Below, piece after piece: positions 23,961 to 35,745 of a stretch of 64,000 bases of DNA (position 1 is the first letter of the stretch; every line of letters starts with the position of its first letter). Under the pieces are notes generated by a model. The model was given only the letters and a program-made list of their open reading frames with translations, was not told the origin of the DNA and did not search any database. The position numbers and the translations under genes are program-made. This stretch comes from Podarcis pityusensis (Eukaryota): NCBI GenBank assembly GCA_964106645.2, contig OZ067044.1. One strand, 5' to 3'.

Positions 23961-26900
23961 GGCATCTGTTTGGTAACTGTGGAATTAGGATCCTGGACTT
24001 GGTGGGTTAATGGCCTGATCTGCCAGCAAGACTTTTCTTATATCGTGTTTAAGGTTTCATGAGCAAAACCCAGTCGAGCCAACCCACTTCCTCAGAGGCA
24101 ACCCCAGAAGCACAAGGGTAAGAATCAGGCCCCTGCAACTAATCCTTCTGAAAGAAGAAAGGACTGAGGAATACAGCTCTAGATACAGGTTTTAGGGACC
24201 ATAGAAGCAGTAGGGTGTCTGTCTTCAAGCCCTAGATGTTACCACAACATGTATGACTGTTGTAGAATACTAAGTTGTGGAAGTGGGACCCCCCCCCCCG
24301 GCTCCCAGTGTATGGATGTTGTGGGCACACAGAGGAGCCTGAAGCCAGAAACTCCTACTGCTGAAATCCTAATCAGGAATTAGAAGGAAAGGTGGGAGGT
24401 AGAGAAAGAGATGAGCAGTGTGAGAGGGATATGTCTGTAGTCTGAAAAGCGTGTTATTCATAATGACTCAAACCAAATGTTCAATAAACACTGATTTCTT
24501 CATTATTTTTTATTTTAATCCAGTCTTTTAACACTGGGACATCTGTGGCTTACTGAGCTGTGATGACACTTTTGACACAAACAAATGGATTTACAACTAG
24601 TCATGTTAGGTCAGGATGGTGTGAATAGCCTATGGAAATAAGGTTGGAACTGGAAAAACAACATGCTTGTAATGCTGGTCTAGCGAAATGACAGTGTCAC
24701 TTCTCAGTGTTTTAACGTTTGTCAACTGCATGTTACTCTCTTTGTCCCTCAGGATGGCAGAATTTCCTGCATCCATTCATTTCCAAAATAGAGATGATCT
24801 TTTCTTGATATCTCTCCCCCCCAACCCCTCCACACACATACACAGCCTTCACTAGGCCTTATTAACAGATTGTATGTGTGAACACTTCAGGGTCTTGAAT
24901 ATTATTTCATTTTTCAGGCTCATGCATTCTGTGCCTTCTTAGAAATAACAGAAAGGGGTGGGAGAGATTACTGTCACTAAGTTGACTGCAAATTCCACAG
25001 CCAATGACAAGATGAAAAAGAAGCATTGAATGAGTGTAGAACACCCGTTTTTTAAAAAATAGTGATGGTTTCTTGAAATGTGTTTGACATGCCCTCAGCT
25101 GAAGACAAGTGGATGTAGCAATTTTATTCCGCCTTTGTAAACTCCCACAAAAATGAGTTTGGAGTCTGATGCCTTTGAGGATTGTTATTAATTACAATTG
25201 CACAATGCTGTTCAGTTTTTATATAGGTTCGAATTCTGTGGAAATCAATAGCATTAAGCTGCCACACTGTATCTCAGCATTGCTGCTTTGATCTTTTTTC
25301 ACATCATTCCCCATGAGGTGGATATGTAAAGCTGGGAGACCTGATGGTTGAGCAGGATCATGAACCTAGACCTCTCAAGTCTTATCTCCAGAAATTCAAA
25401 GAAGAAGGATGATAACTGCAGCTGCAACCATCTGTTTGGACTTGAATAGGCTTTGAAAATGATGTGGGTAGCATTCAACTAAGCTTCACATAGTGCGGAC
25501 CGATTGAAATTAATTAACATAGCCAAGTTATGTCCTTTAATTTCAATTGATCTACTCCCCCATGATTTCCAGCTTATATTGTGAGATGCTCTAGTTAATT
25601 TTGCCAAACATTTCACTTGGCTCTTGGAATTGAATGCTGACTCAGGTGATTGACTCAGGGCTTTTACAGGCCCTCTGTCTGGTCTCCCTGTAGTTTTGGT
25701 GGAGTTTCTGGCAGTGAGACCAGGGATAACCGACATATTATCTGTGATATGGCAATATCCTCATTCGATCCCCATAAATTGTGAGATTACAGTTCGGTAT
25801 ATTCATTGCTTTTTTTTTTACCCAAGCCACTCAAACATGAAAACTCACTTGGGTGACTTGGGGTCAATCACCATCTGCCAGCCTAACCTACCTCACAAGG
25901 TTGTTGTAAAGAAGGCAAAAGCTAGAAAAAGAACCGTATGTACTGCCTTGGGCTCATTGGAGTAAAGGTGAGAGATAAATGTGAAAAAAGTAAAAGAAAG
26001 TGACCCTGTGACCACCTGAAGGTAAGGAGAATTTGACTCCAGTATTTTAGAGCGTAGAGTGGTCCTCTAGGTGGTTTTGTACTCCAACTCTCATCAGTGC
26101 CAGCCACATTGAACAACAGTTGGGAAAGATGATGTTGTGGGGCACAGGATAGCCATCCCTGCAACACTACATCAGACCGAACGTTAGCCTCCTTCTTTTA
26201 ACTTGTAGTTGTTAAAAAAGAAAAAAGCACAAATGATACATAATGCATGATGTGGTTTAAACTAATAGCACCCCCAAATCAATCAAAGGGCACATTTTCT
26301 TTGTTTGGGAAATCTGTTGTTACAAGTCGTCAAACTATTTTCCTCTTGCACGCAACAAGGAATCTTTCCGAGGTAACTGCTAATGAACATCAGATATTCC
26401 TATCTAACACAACAAAGGGAGCATCTGGAGTCAACATAAAACATTATATATAAATATTTCAAAAAGCCATTTGGAACCACGTAAATATAGGATATATTAT
26501 GTCTGCCCCAGGCTTCCCTTAATGTGATGTACATGGTAATAAACTTACTGGAAATAGACTTTTCCTCACTTGCAGTGAATTCAGCTATACTTTTAAAATG
26601 AGAATTTCATTTAGAATGGCCTTGCCCCAAGAACCTCTGAGGTATGTTTGATGAATTTCTCACGGATGCTCAGCATCCATGCAGTTATGAAACAGAAACT
26701 ATCAGTGAGGTCTTAAGGCTAATTGGTGTTGGATAAGTGTTGGGTGTGGACAGCAGTTAAAGGAGTATGAAGAGCTTCAAAAGAAGGACCCAAACAGCTA
26801 CGTGACTGTCTTGGTGTGACTCACAGTGCAACTCTAAGAAAGGCTACTCAGAAGCAAGTCTTTATTCCCAGGTAAGTGCAGTTAGGATGGCAGCCTAAGT

Positions 26901-29900
26901 TGTTTTGATCTGGGATGTAGAAGGAATGCCCCAACACCGCTTCAGTATGGGAGAACTGAACATTAAGTGTATGTTTGGGAGCGGGGATGGGGGAGCACAT
27001 AAATTCCCTGCCCTGGGTTGGCACAAATTATCAAGGACAGACTCAACTAAGTTGTGCTAGTGAAAGCGAAAGCAATGAGTCCTACTAACAACAGTGGTAC
27101 TCCCCTCCCATTGCACCCTCTCCAAATCTTTTCGGGAAGGTTGAGAGAACCTCCAGAACATGGGAGAGGAATGTGGAGATCGGTTTTTCTGGCAAGCAAA
27201 AATCACCTTAGTGTGATGTTGCATTCCACCCACAGATTCAAGTTTCTAGAGTCTTTCTCTAACAACTGAAGGAAGTTTGGAAAACCACATATATGGAGCT
27301 ACAGCAGACGACATAGATTGTGTCCTCCACTTCATCCATTTAACGTGTAGGTCGCTACAGTTTGGGGAGTGACCATAGCCACAGTGGTAGATGACATACT
27401 TCGAATGCAAAAGGTCCCAGGTTCAGATCCCTAGCATCTCCAGTTAGAAGGTTCAGCTGATAAGAAAGACATCTGCCTGAAAATATGGAGAGTTGTTGCC
27501 AACAATATATGGTTTCAATGACAAATAGTCTGACCTCATGCATGAGGAAACACATTATGTGGTGTTACATTACAGGCAGGACTGGCTTAAGCCATTTTGC
27601 TGCCTGAGGTAAAGTACAAGAGAGTCTCCTTCCCACTTCTACATACAAAAGCCAACTGGACTGACAGTTGAATGTTGCTGCAACACTGATGACAAAATAG
27701 TATCTTCCAACAACCTGAGGAACCAGGTCAGATTTTGGAGACTGGGCCTGGTAGAGACCATGGGGCAACTGAAGGAAGGGCTGGAGGTATATGATGAATA
27801 GCCAGTGGCTGCTGCAGCTGGTGGCCTGAGGTGATTGCCTCACTCTTCCTAAATTTGATTTCAGATTTTCAAAATGTTATATTCGACACCCAGCTTAGAA
27901 GTTTGACATTTGCAATAAATTTTGGCCTGAAGTCTTTTTGAGAAAGGTGCTCTGAATGCTCGTGGGGTTTTGCAAATGGTAGCAGGATTTCATAAGGAGA
28001 GGTCAGTCCATGTTTTATTTGGAGAATAAGCAGCCTGCAGGGTGTGCCTTGTTTCTCACATGTAATTCACATAAGGTCAGGAGTGGACAATAACATACAG
28101 CACAATTATAAGCCTGTTCACTTCTCTTGCCAAAATATCACAAGCTATCATTGATTGTCCAGGCTAAGAGTCCCCCCCCCCCCTTTAAAGTATACTTTTG
28201 TTCTCTGGGACTGTATGTACTTCACTTTGGGACAAGGAATTCCCAAATACCTGTGGGAAGTCTACAAACAGGACAAATGGATAGTTGTCCTCTCCTGTTG
28301 TTCCTCAATTGCTAGTACTCAGATATAGCTTACATGTAGCCATTGATGACTATATCTTCAATGGAATATTCTAATCTCCTTTTCCAAGTTATGAAAATTG
28401 CTGAACATCGCCTTAGCTTGTGCCAGGTTATTCTATAATCTTCACTGTGCACAACGTCAAGAAGTACTTCTGTTCGTCCTGAATCTAACACCGTTCCGCT
28501 TTCTTAACTGCCTCCAGATTCTAGTGATACAAGGCAGGAAGAAAAACGTCTCTGTTTCTACTTCCTATATTCCTGCTTCCTTTTACTTGCCTTCCTGCTG
28601 CCAAACTAAGCAGCTTCCCCACCCCTAAGAGAGGTGCTCTAAACTATGATTATTTTGATAGCCCCTTTCTGGCTCTATGGCAACTAAATCTTTATACAGA
28701 ATTTTTAGTGTGCTCTCACTGTACATTTTTATAAAGGCATCATAATATTGGTAGAATAATTGAATTCTGGGAAGCTTAGTGCTGTTCTAAGTATGTGGGT
28801 CAGAGGGTTGACCTGAGTAGTAAAGAGGTTGTATCAAACAATGGAAGTGAATAATACTCTGTTGCACAAGTATAGTGTAGACCTATTTTGATTCGTTCTT
28901 AGTCTAGTGCAAGATCTTGAGTTAAAATACAAACTTCCCTGTGTTGCCTGTCATTAACTTATCTTCAAGTAACTTCAAGTAAATTTAAATGTTACAAATA
29001 ACTCAATGCAGGATTTACCACTCAAAGATCTGCTAATCTGCCCCGGAGCACCAGTCGTTCAAAGAGAAATTGCAACAAAAGGGGGTCGGGACAACTGTTC
29101 TTTGAAGACTTCGCAAAACGATTGTTGCGAGCCCCTTCGCTCCACTAATTCCATGTTGGTGGTTAACTAACAAGCAGTGCTTTCCAAACTGATGGAGGTC
29201 AGCCATGCCACCATGCAAATAAAGCTTGAGAATATTAGACTGGTGTTCAAAATGGTGGCGAAAAGATTCATGTACTTTATACATAGCTTCTGAACTTAAT
29301 GCATATTTTAAGAGTATTACTGTTAAAACAAAGCTTGCTTTCGCTTTAAACACCCCAGAACTGAGAGAATCAAAGTGCATGATTTACGTTCACAGTATGT
29401 TTTTGCCCTTAGGATGGAGATTATAACTTTTTGACTTCACTGTGGGTGCCAGTGTACAGGTGGAGAAATGGATTCTCAAGATTTGCTGCACACCCGCTCC
29501 TAGAAATAAAACTCGATCACTGTGAAGCCACCTGTGCTTTATGGGCATGGATGGTGGAGGAGGCTGGCTTATTGGTGGTAATGGCAGGTGGCTAGGTTCC
29601 AATTGGCCAGCTGCCATTTTGTGAAATTACATCACCTTTGTTCTTCTGTTTCTTTAAGCTTAAAGGTAGAAGAGCAGCATGGGAGGAAACTGTAGAAAAA
29701 CTGAGTGTATTCTGGAGAATGGGGTGGATTTTTGGAAGGAGAAGTAAAATGGGAAGGGATCTGGTATTGGAAAATAATTAGGGGAGAAGGTAATTGAAGG
29801 AGAATGAGTGCTATATATCACCTCAGTCTTTCACTCATTTTTGTCTAGACTTGGGGTAAGTTATTTTTATTTAGTTCAGTAATCTCCATTTCAACCAGCC

Positions 29901-29966
29901 AGTGAGGAAGATGATAAGCAGGCTATGTTGGCAGCAGTATTTTGCTTTTTGTTTGTAACCAGAATA

Positions 29967-30194
29967 CAGTGGTACCTCTGGTTACGAACTTAATTCGTTC
30001 CGGAGGTCCGTTCTTAACCTGAAACCGTTCTTAACCTGAGGTACCACTTTAGCTAAGGGGGCTTCCCGCTGCCGTGCAATTTCTGTTCTTTGCCTGGGGC
30101 AAAGTTCTTAACCCGAGGTACTACTTCCGGGTTAGCGGAGTCTGTAACCCAAAGTGTTTGTAACCCAAGGTGTTTGTAACCCAAGGCACCACTG
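29967..30194 (+). mobile_element. Tigger-like MITE family A (divergent subfamily)
   Basis: TIR cagtggtacctctggtt / aacccaaggcaccactg, TA TSD; shared interior cttaattcgttccggaggtccg. Confidence 0.9.
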
Positions 30195-31197
30195 TAAGGT
30201 ATTCAGAGGTATAGTGCTTCTAACCATGGAAGGTCGTTTTAGCTGTAAAAGCTGACAGAAAGAGCTTCTCTGGACAGAGCTAGAATGAAGCAGAAAGCAC
30301 AAGGTTTGAGTGGGTGAAGCTAATGGGAGTTTGGTAGGAGTGGCTTAGCAGGATGTGGGACTATGTTTGGAGTTTGCCACTGAAGCCACCTACACATGAC
30401 TGTACAATGATTTTTGCGTGCCCACTTGCTGTTGAGGGGAGGGAGACCAAGCTAAAAAAAATTGTGAACCTCATTCACAGGTATAGTTTGTGAAATGGTA
30501 GGTAAGTCTTCCACCATTGGATTTTATTTACATGATGAAAGGCTTCTTTAGAGGAAATGATACTATACTTATTTGGTTTTGTGATTATTCACCTTGCAGT
30601 ATGAAATACCTTGTTATCATAGGTTTATCACTAATATCTGAATTTGCAGCAGTATTATTGGAACCATCCTTACTGCCCAGCCCATAAGGCTTTGACTACT
30701 TTAGTAGAAATCAGTGTACTTCCTTTCACTTCAATGGGACCATAAAAAATCAAAGTTTGCTAGTTCCATGTGTTGCCTAACAGTCATTTGATATATCTGC
30801 GTTCGTTACAGAGGATAGCAATACTATCCCCCCGCTCCAGTAACACATAAGATTGCTGTCACCACTTCCTTCAATTTATCATGTCTTTGTTCCCGTAAAG
30901 ATGATACTACTGCAGGAATTGGGAAATCATAGGGATGAAATATGACATTATTGTGTACCCATAGGGTGGGGCGAGAATGGGATTAAGATGGATAAAGAAA
31001 TTTGAGCAACTGTATCAATTAAATATATATGGAGTGCCTCTAATATAAATAAACCCTTTTGATTCTATGAAATAGCGTAAACACCCATAAATGGAACTTG
31101 GATCACATTGTGATACCCAGTAGACACTGGAAATACTATTCACATCTCTCCCTGCCCCTCCCAGCCTCCCACTCTTTCTGTTCCATAGTGATCAGCA

Positions 31198-31284
31198 CAC
31201 CTTGGAGGACCATGGTTAAGACCTACTTGTAGGTCTTACCTTGTAGGTCTCACCTTGGAGGACCATGGTTAAGACCTACTTGTA
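31198..31284. repeat. 34-bp direct duplication with a 19-bp templated filler
   Basis: caccttggaggaccatggttaagacctacttgta at 31198-31231 and 31251-31284. Confidence 0.95.
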
Positions 31285-33147
31285 ACTTCATACTTGCTTT
31301 CCGGAACTTGTTACGACAGAAATTCTCTGGATAGATCATTTTGATAAATATGCTTCTGACTGAGGAAGGGTAATCCAGAGTATAATTGCTGTTGTGATAT
31401 AATTATTCAAATATTCTTCTGGAAAGTAGGATGGAAGGACCAGTCTATTTCTGATGCAAGTATTTCTTTGTAAGTTTACTCTTGTTTCAGTTCTGAATTA
31501 ATTCTTTTTTAATATAAAAATAAATCCATATTTAAGTACATCTTTACTGCATACTTAAATGTTATTTTATCACAAAATATGCACATAAATTCACATTCAT
31601 CTCAATGTACACATTTCTAAACATACCTATCCTAAAATGCACTCTTTGAAACAACAACAACAACAGAGACAAAACGGACAAATGCAGTTTTTTAAAACTG
31701 AGAACGTCTGGCAAAATTCAGAAAATGTGAAATCCAAAGGGCAATTACCTTCTGATTCATGCATTAATCCTGCAAATGAGATCAGTTTGCTTAAAAGATG
31801 CAGGCCAAATGAAAATATTAGAAAGAGGTACTTTCTAGAAGAGTGGCAAAGGTAGTCTTATATAGGCAAGTTGTACATCAACCTGGCTTTAGGCATGCTT
31901 TTGATATTGAAGCTGCCTTAGTTGTCCTAGGAGGATAAGAAATGCCTACTGGATCAGGCCAATGACCTGTCTGGTCCAGTATCCTGTTCTCACAATAGCC
32001 AACCAGATGCCTGTGGGAAGCCAAAGCAAGAACCTGGTGATTCATCCTAAGAATGTGATCCTGTTAATTCTCCTGGAACTCTCAGCTATATTTTATAATA
32101 TAATTCAGAGTTGTATACTAGAGTTGGGAGAGTTGCAGTGGCTCCACTCCTGCCATCCAAGTAGGTCATAGGGAATGGTTGCTTTGCCAAAGAAGAAATT
32201 ATCATATGGGCTGCCGCTAAGTTCCAACTTGTTCCTTGTTCCTCATGGCTTTTTACACTACATGAAACCACTGTTTTAGGCTGTGTGAATATTTTCATGT
32301 GACATGCCATCAGTGTTTTCCAACAGCAGCAGCAGGTGAGTTGTTATCCTAAACAGGTGTGTGGATCAGTGACTGGCAGGACAAAGGTGAATTGATTGTG
32401 GCTCAGTCCATACAAGGCAGAAGTATTAATGGAGATTTTCTAGGATTGTCTAATTCTCCTTAGAGAAGTATTATTATTATTATTTTCCCCTGTCTGTATT
32501 GTCTCCTGCCCCCCCACCAGCTTTGTTGACCAGCCTACTCATGTCTTCACTGGGCATAGCCAATCCACAGACTGTATACTTTCTGCTAATCACAGGTGCC
32601 AATGTTGTTCACTTCTACTCCTTCTGAAGCTAGATTGAACTTGGTCTTAGGTGGCTTGCTGAGCTTGGCCTACACAACAGAGATGAGGTTCTCCATTCAT
32701 GTCCTCATTCAACTGGATGTCCCGGTTGTTCACAGTCACATGTATGTCTGTAGTTTACTTCTTCCTTGTCATGCTAATGTGTATGTTTACTTCATGGCCA
32801 CCACAAGCCCACCTCGATAGAATTCAGAGAGAGAAGGCAGCTACTCCAACGAATAGCTAATTAATCCTACAGCAAGCATCAAAGCACATAGAAAACAATG
32901 CTGCGTTGTTGCTTAACATGCAAATGCTTTTGTCTCACCCTCTTAAAAGAAGGGCTTAGGTTGTTCAACAAAATTCCACTGCTGTTATTCATGATACAAT
33001 CGGAAAGTGAATTCTCAGGCTCCACACCCCAGGAAGTGATATGTTGCAGCCTCAAAGTTTGTATTAGAATCACCTAATTAGATACACCTAATGTATCACC
33101 TTTGATCAGGGTTGTAAACCCAGGAATTTGATGCAAGCCACAGCACC

Positions 33148-33148
<1 letters not shown>

Positions 33149-33178
<30 letters not shown>

Positions 33179-33219
33179 CTTCCTCTTCCTCCTCCTCCTC
33201 TTCTTCTATTATTATTATT
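33149..33219. repeat. Compound (CTT)n(CCT)n(ATT)n microsatellite
   Basis: Read directly from the sequence. Confidence 0.95.
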
Positions 33220-34004
33220 CAGCAAAAATGGTGAAGTCAAAGCAAAGAGCTTTGTTGCTTTTCACTGTGCTTCGTTAAAATTCTATATTTCTGGTTGTAA
33301 CTCTGTGTGGATAGATTAAGGAATGGCATGACAAGTCCCCCTCCACCCCCCACTTCCCTTTGCCACAAACCCACTGGTTTAGTGATTAGCCTATGAGCCC
33401 TTTCCATTGTGTTTGCAGAACAGTTCCCCGGCTGCAGTGCACTCAACCTTGACATAAATTTGAAATAAGTACTTTGTGAAGGGTTGGTCTTTTGTGCAGG
33501 GTGTGTGAGAAATCCTGCCTGACCAGGTTTGTTACAGAAGCCAGTGTCAAATTGCCTTGCCCCAAGTATTTCACTATCAGAGTGGGGGAGAAGAACAGTG
33601 ACAGAGAGGGAGGATTTTTTTTTTCCAGAGAACTTTCTCTTGGCTTCCAAGAGGATTGGAGGGACTAAGTGAAGAAATATCAAGTGTTATGCTTGTATAT
33701 TTTTTTTATTTCCTTTATTATATTTCTGTCCCACCCTGACTTCCAAAGAGCTCAAGATGACACGCATTCAGCTATAGCACAACCGCCACACGAAATCCCT
33801 TTCCTGATAATTTACAGTAGACAAGTACAATAGGTACGTATGTCATTCATAGAATCCACATTCTCTGTGTTTCTTGTCCAGGCTGGTTGGCTTTTAATTT
33901 AATCTATTTGATCATGCTGTTTGCCTGAGGTGATTAGCAACCTTTTCATGTAAATCCCAGTCAATCCCATAAAATGAGTTGATGATGGGGCAGGAGAATA
34001 TTCA

Positions 34005-34006
<2 letters not shown>

Positions 34007-34040
<34 letters not shown>
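34007..34040. repeat. (GT)17 microsatellite
   Basis: Read directly from the sequence. Confidence 0.97.
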
Positions 34041-34042
<2 letters not shown>

Positions 34043-35713
34043 CACAATTTTGCTTTCACTGTTGATGTCAGCCCTGTCTTAGGAAGACTGATAAGGCATA
34101 TGGTCCCCTTGTCATGCAGTACTACACCTCTCTTCTTTAAAGAAAATGAAAGAAAGTTATAGCCTTTGAAAGTGGAAACATATTATCTTACTGCCTTGGA
34201 GGCCATGTGCTTGAAAAGCCCATTGAAAATATTTAGTTGAATCTTTGCTCGCACCCTAGGAGCCAAGAGAGGCTATTTCCAATTAGCCTTCAAAACTGAG
34301 TTTCCATGCACCCCTGTTCCTTTTTTCCTTTTTTTAAAAGCAAACTTTATGTTAATTGGAGTTATGCATTTGTGAAAGCCTTTTGTGCAAACTCCGTCAT
34401 GCATGGCCGTTTGATTGGCAAATGTGTTTGGCGAGACTTTGCATGCATGTGTACTTTCTCCATGGATTTATCCCCCCCTTCTTACAGCTTTGCTGGAGCA
34501 AACAAAACTAATGGTAGTATTATGTGAAATGCAAACAGTGTTTTATATTTAAACACCCACCTCCCCAGCAATGAGGGATCTGAATTAATAAAGCACCAAA
34601 GTGCCTGGAATCCAAGGAACAGTGTGAGAAGCCAAAAGCAAACTCCTCTTTTGAGCAAAACAATCAAGAGTGAGTGGAACGTTTCAGAGCTGGTCCCCTC
34701 ACAAGCTCGGTGTGTCTCGTAGGAGCTGTGATTTATTTAATGGAAGCATTGACTTCAGGGGGTTGGGCGCAGAAGGCCGAGGTGTTTCATTCCTTTGATC
34801 CTTTCATTGTCAACAGCTAGAATTATAGCTACTTTCCAAGACTAGCAAACTAGTGACAAACGCTCTTACACCTTTTAAGTACTGTGCCCCATGACAGCTA
34901 GTTCTTTCCTCATCAAAGGCTTGGTTAAAGGTTTTGCTCTCCGCTACAAACACAAAAAAGCCTCATTGAGTTGCCACTGCAAGAGATGATGAACCTTATT
35001 CCTTAAAATCCTGACTCCTGGGAAACAGAGGCATTTGCTTTAGCCCCTTCTCCTTTCCAGCTATTTGTTTAAAATGCTTTCTGTGTGATGCCTCTTTCTC
35101 TGCCTAAATATGAATAAGGAAATTTTGGTCGCAACATTTTATAACTCTTTGCAATCTCACAGAAGTGTACGCTGCTCCAAGCTTAAATAAACGGTGTAAC
35201 ATTGCATGCTTTTATCAATACATTCTATCATAAGCCCCCCACCCACTCCTTTCTACAGTAAGGTAATACTAACGTTGTGTGCGTTGGCTGTTAAGGAAAT
35301 AGCAGCATTTAGGACTGAATGCACAGCTTTTTTGTTGTTGCACGGCTTGAGCTCAGATCATGCAAAGATGAATGCTTATGTTTGGCAATCGATTGTGAGT
35401 AATTCTCTGTGAATTCAGTGAGATAGGTTCAGTAGATTCACAGTAGATAGGTTCAGGATACAGATGCAAGCTTGGTGATAGAGTAGGGCTTTGATTATAG
35501 TGCTTCATTCACAATTAAATTTTATGAAATGTAGTTTAACACTTCGCACTCACCCAAAGGATCCTGATCAGGATACAGTCAAAGCTCCAGCTAAGGCCTG
35601 TGCAATTTTGTGATCAACTTCATACTTTTGGGTAAAGTTCTCTGTCTTTAGTGATGGTGAAAGACTTTGAAGATTTGTGTTTTGAAGTCCCACTATTGAA
35701 ACTCACTCTGCTT

Positions 35714-35745
35714 TAAAATAAAATAAAATAAAATAAAATAAAATA
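35714..35745. repeat. (TAAAA)6 microsatellite
   Basis: Read directly from the sequence. Confidence 0.95.

Noticed and set aside
31198-31284. Repeat-spacer-repeat resembling a mini CRISPR array
   Set aside because: Eukaryotic intron, only two repeats, a spacer derived from the repeat itself, and no cas genes.
33128-33319. Signal-peptide-like poly-Leu ORF (also 58969-59154)
   Set aside because: Translation of trinucleotide microsatellites.
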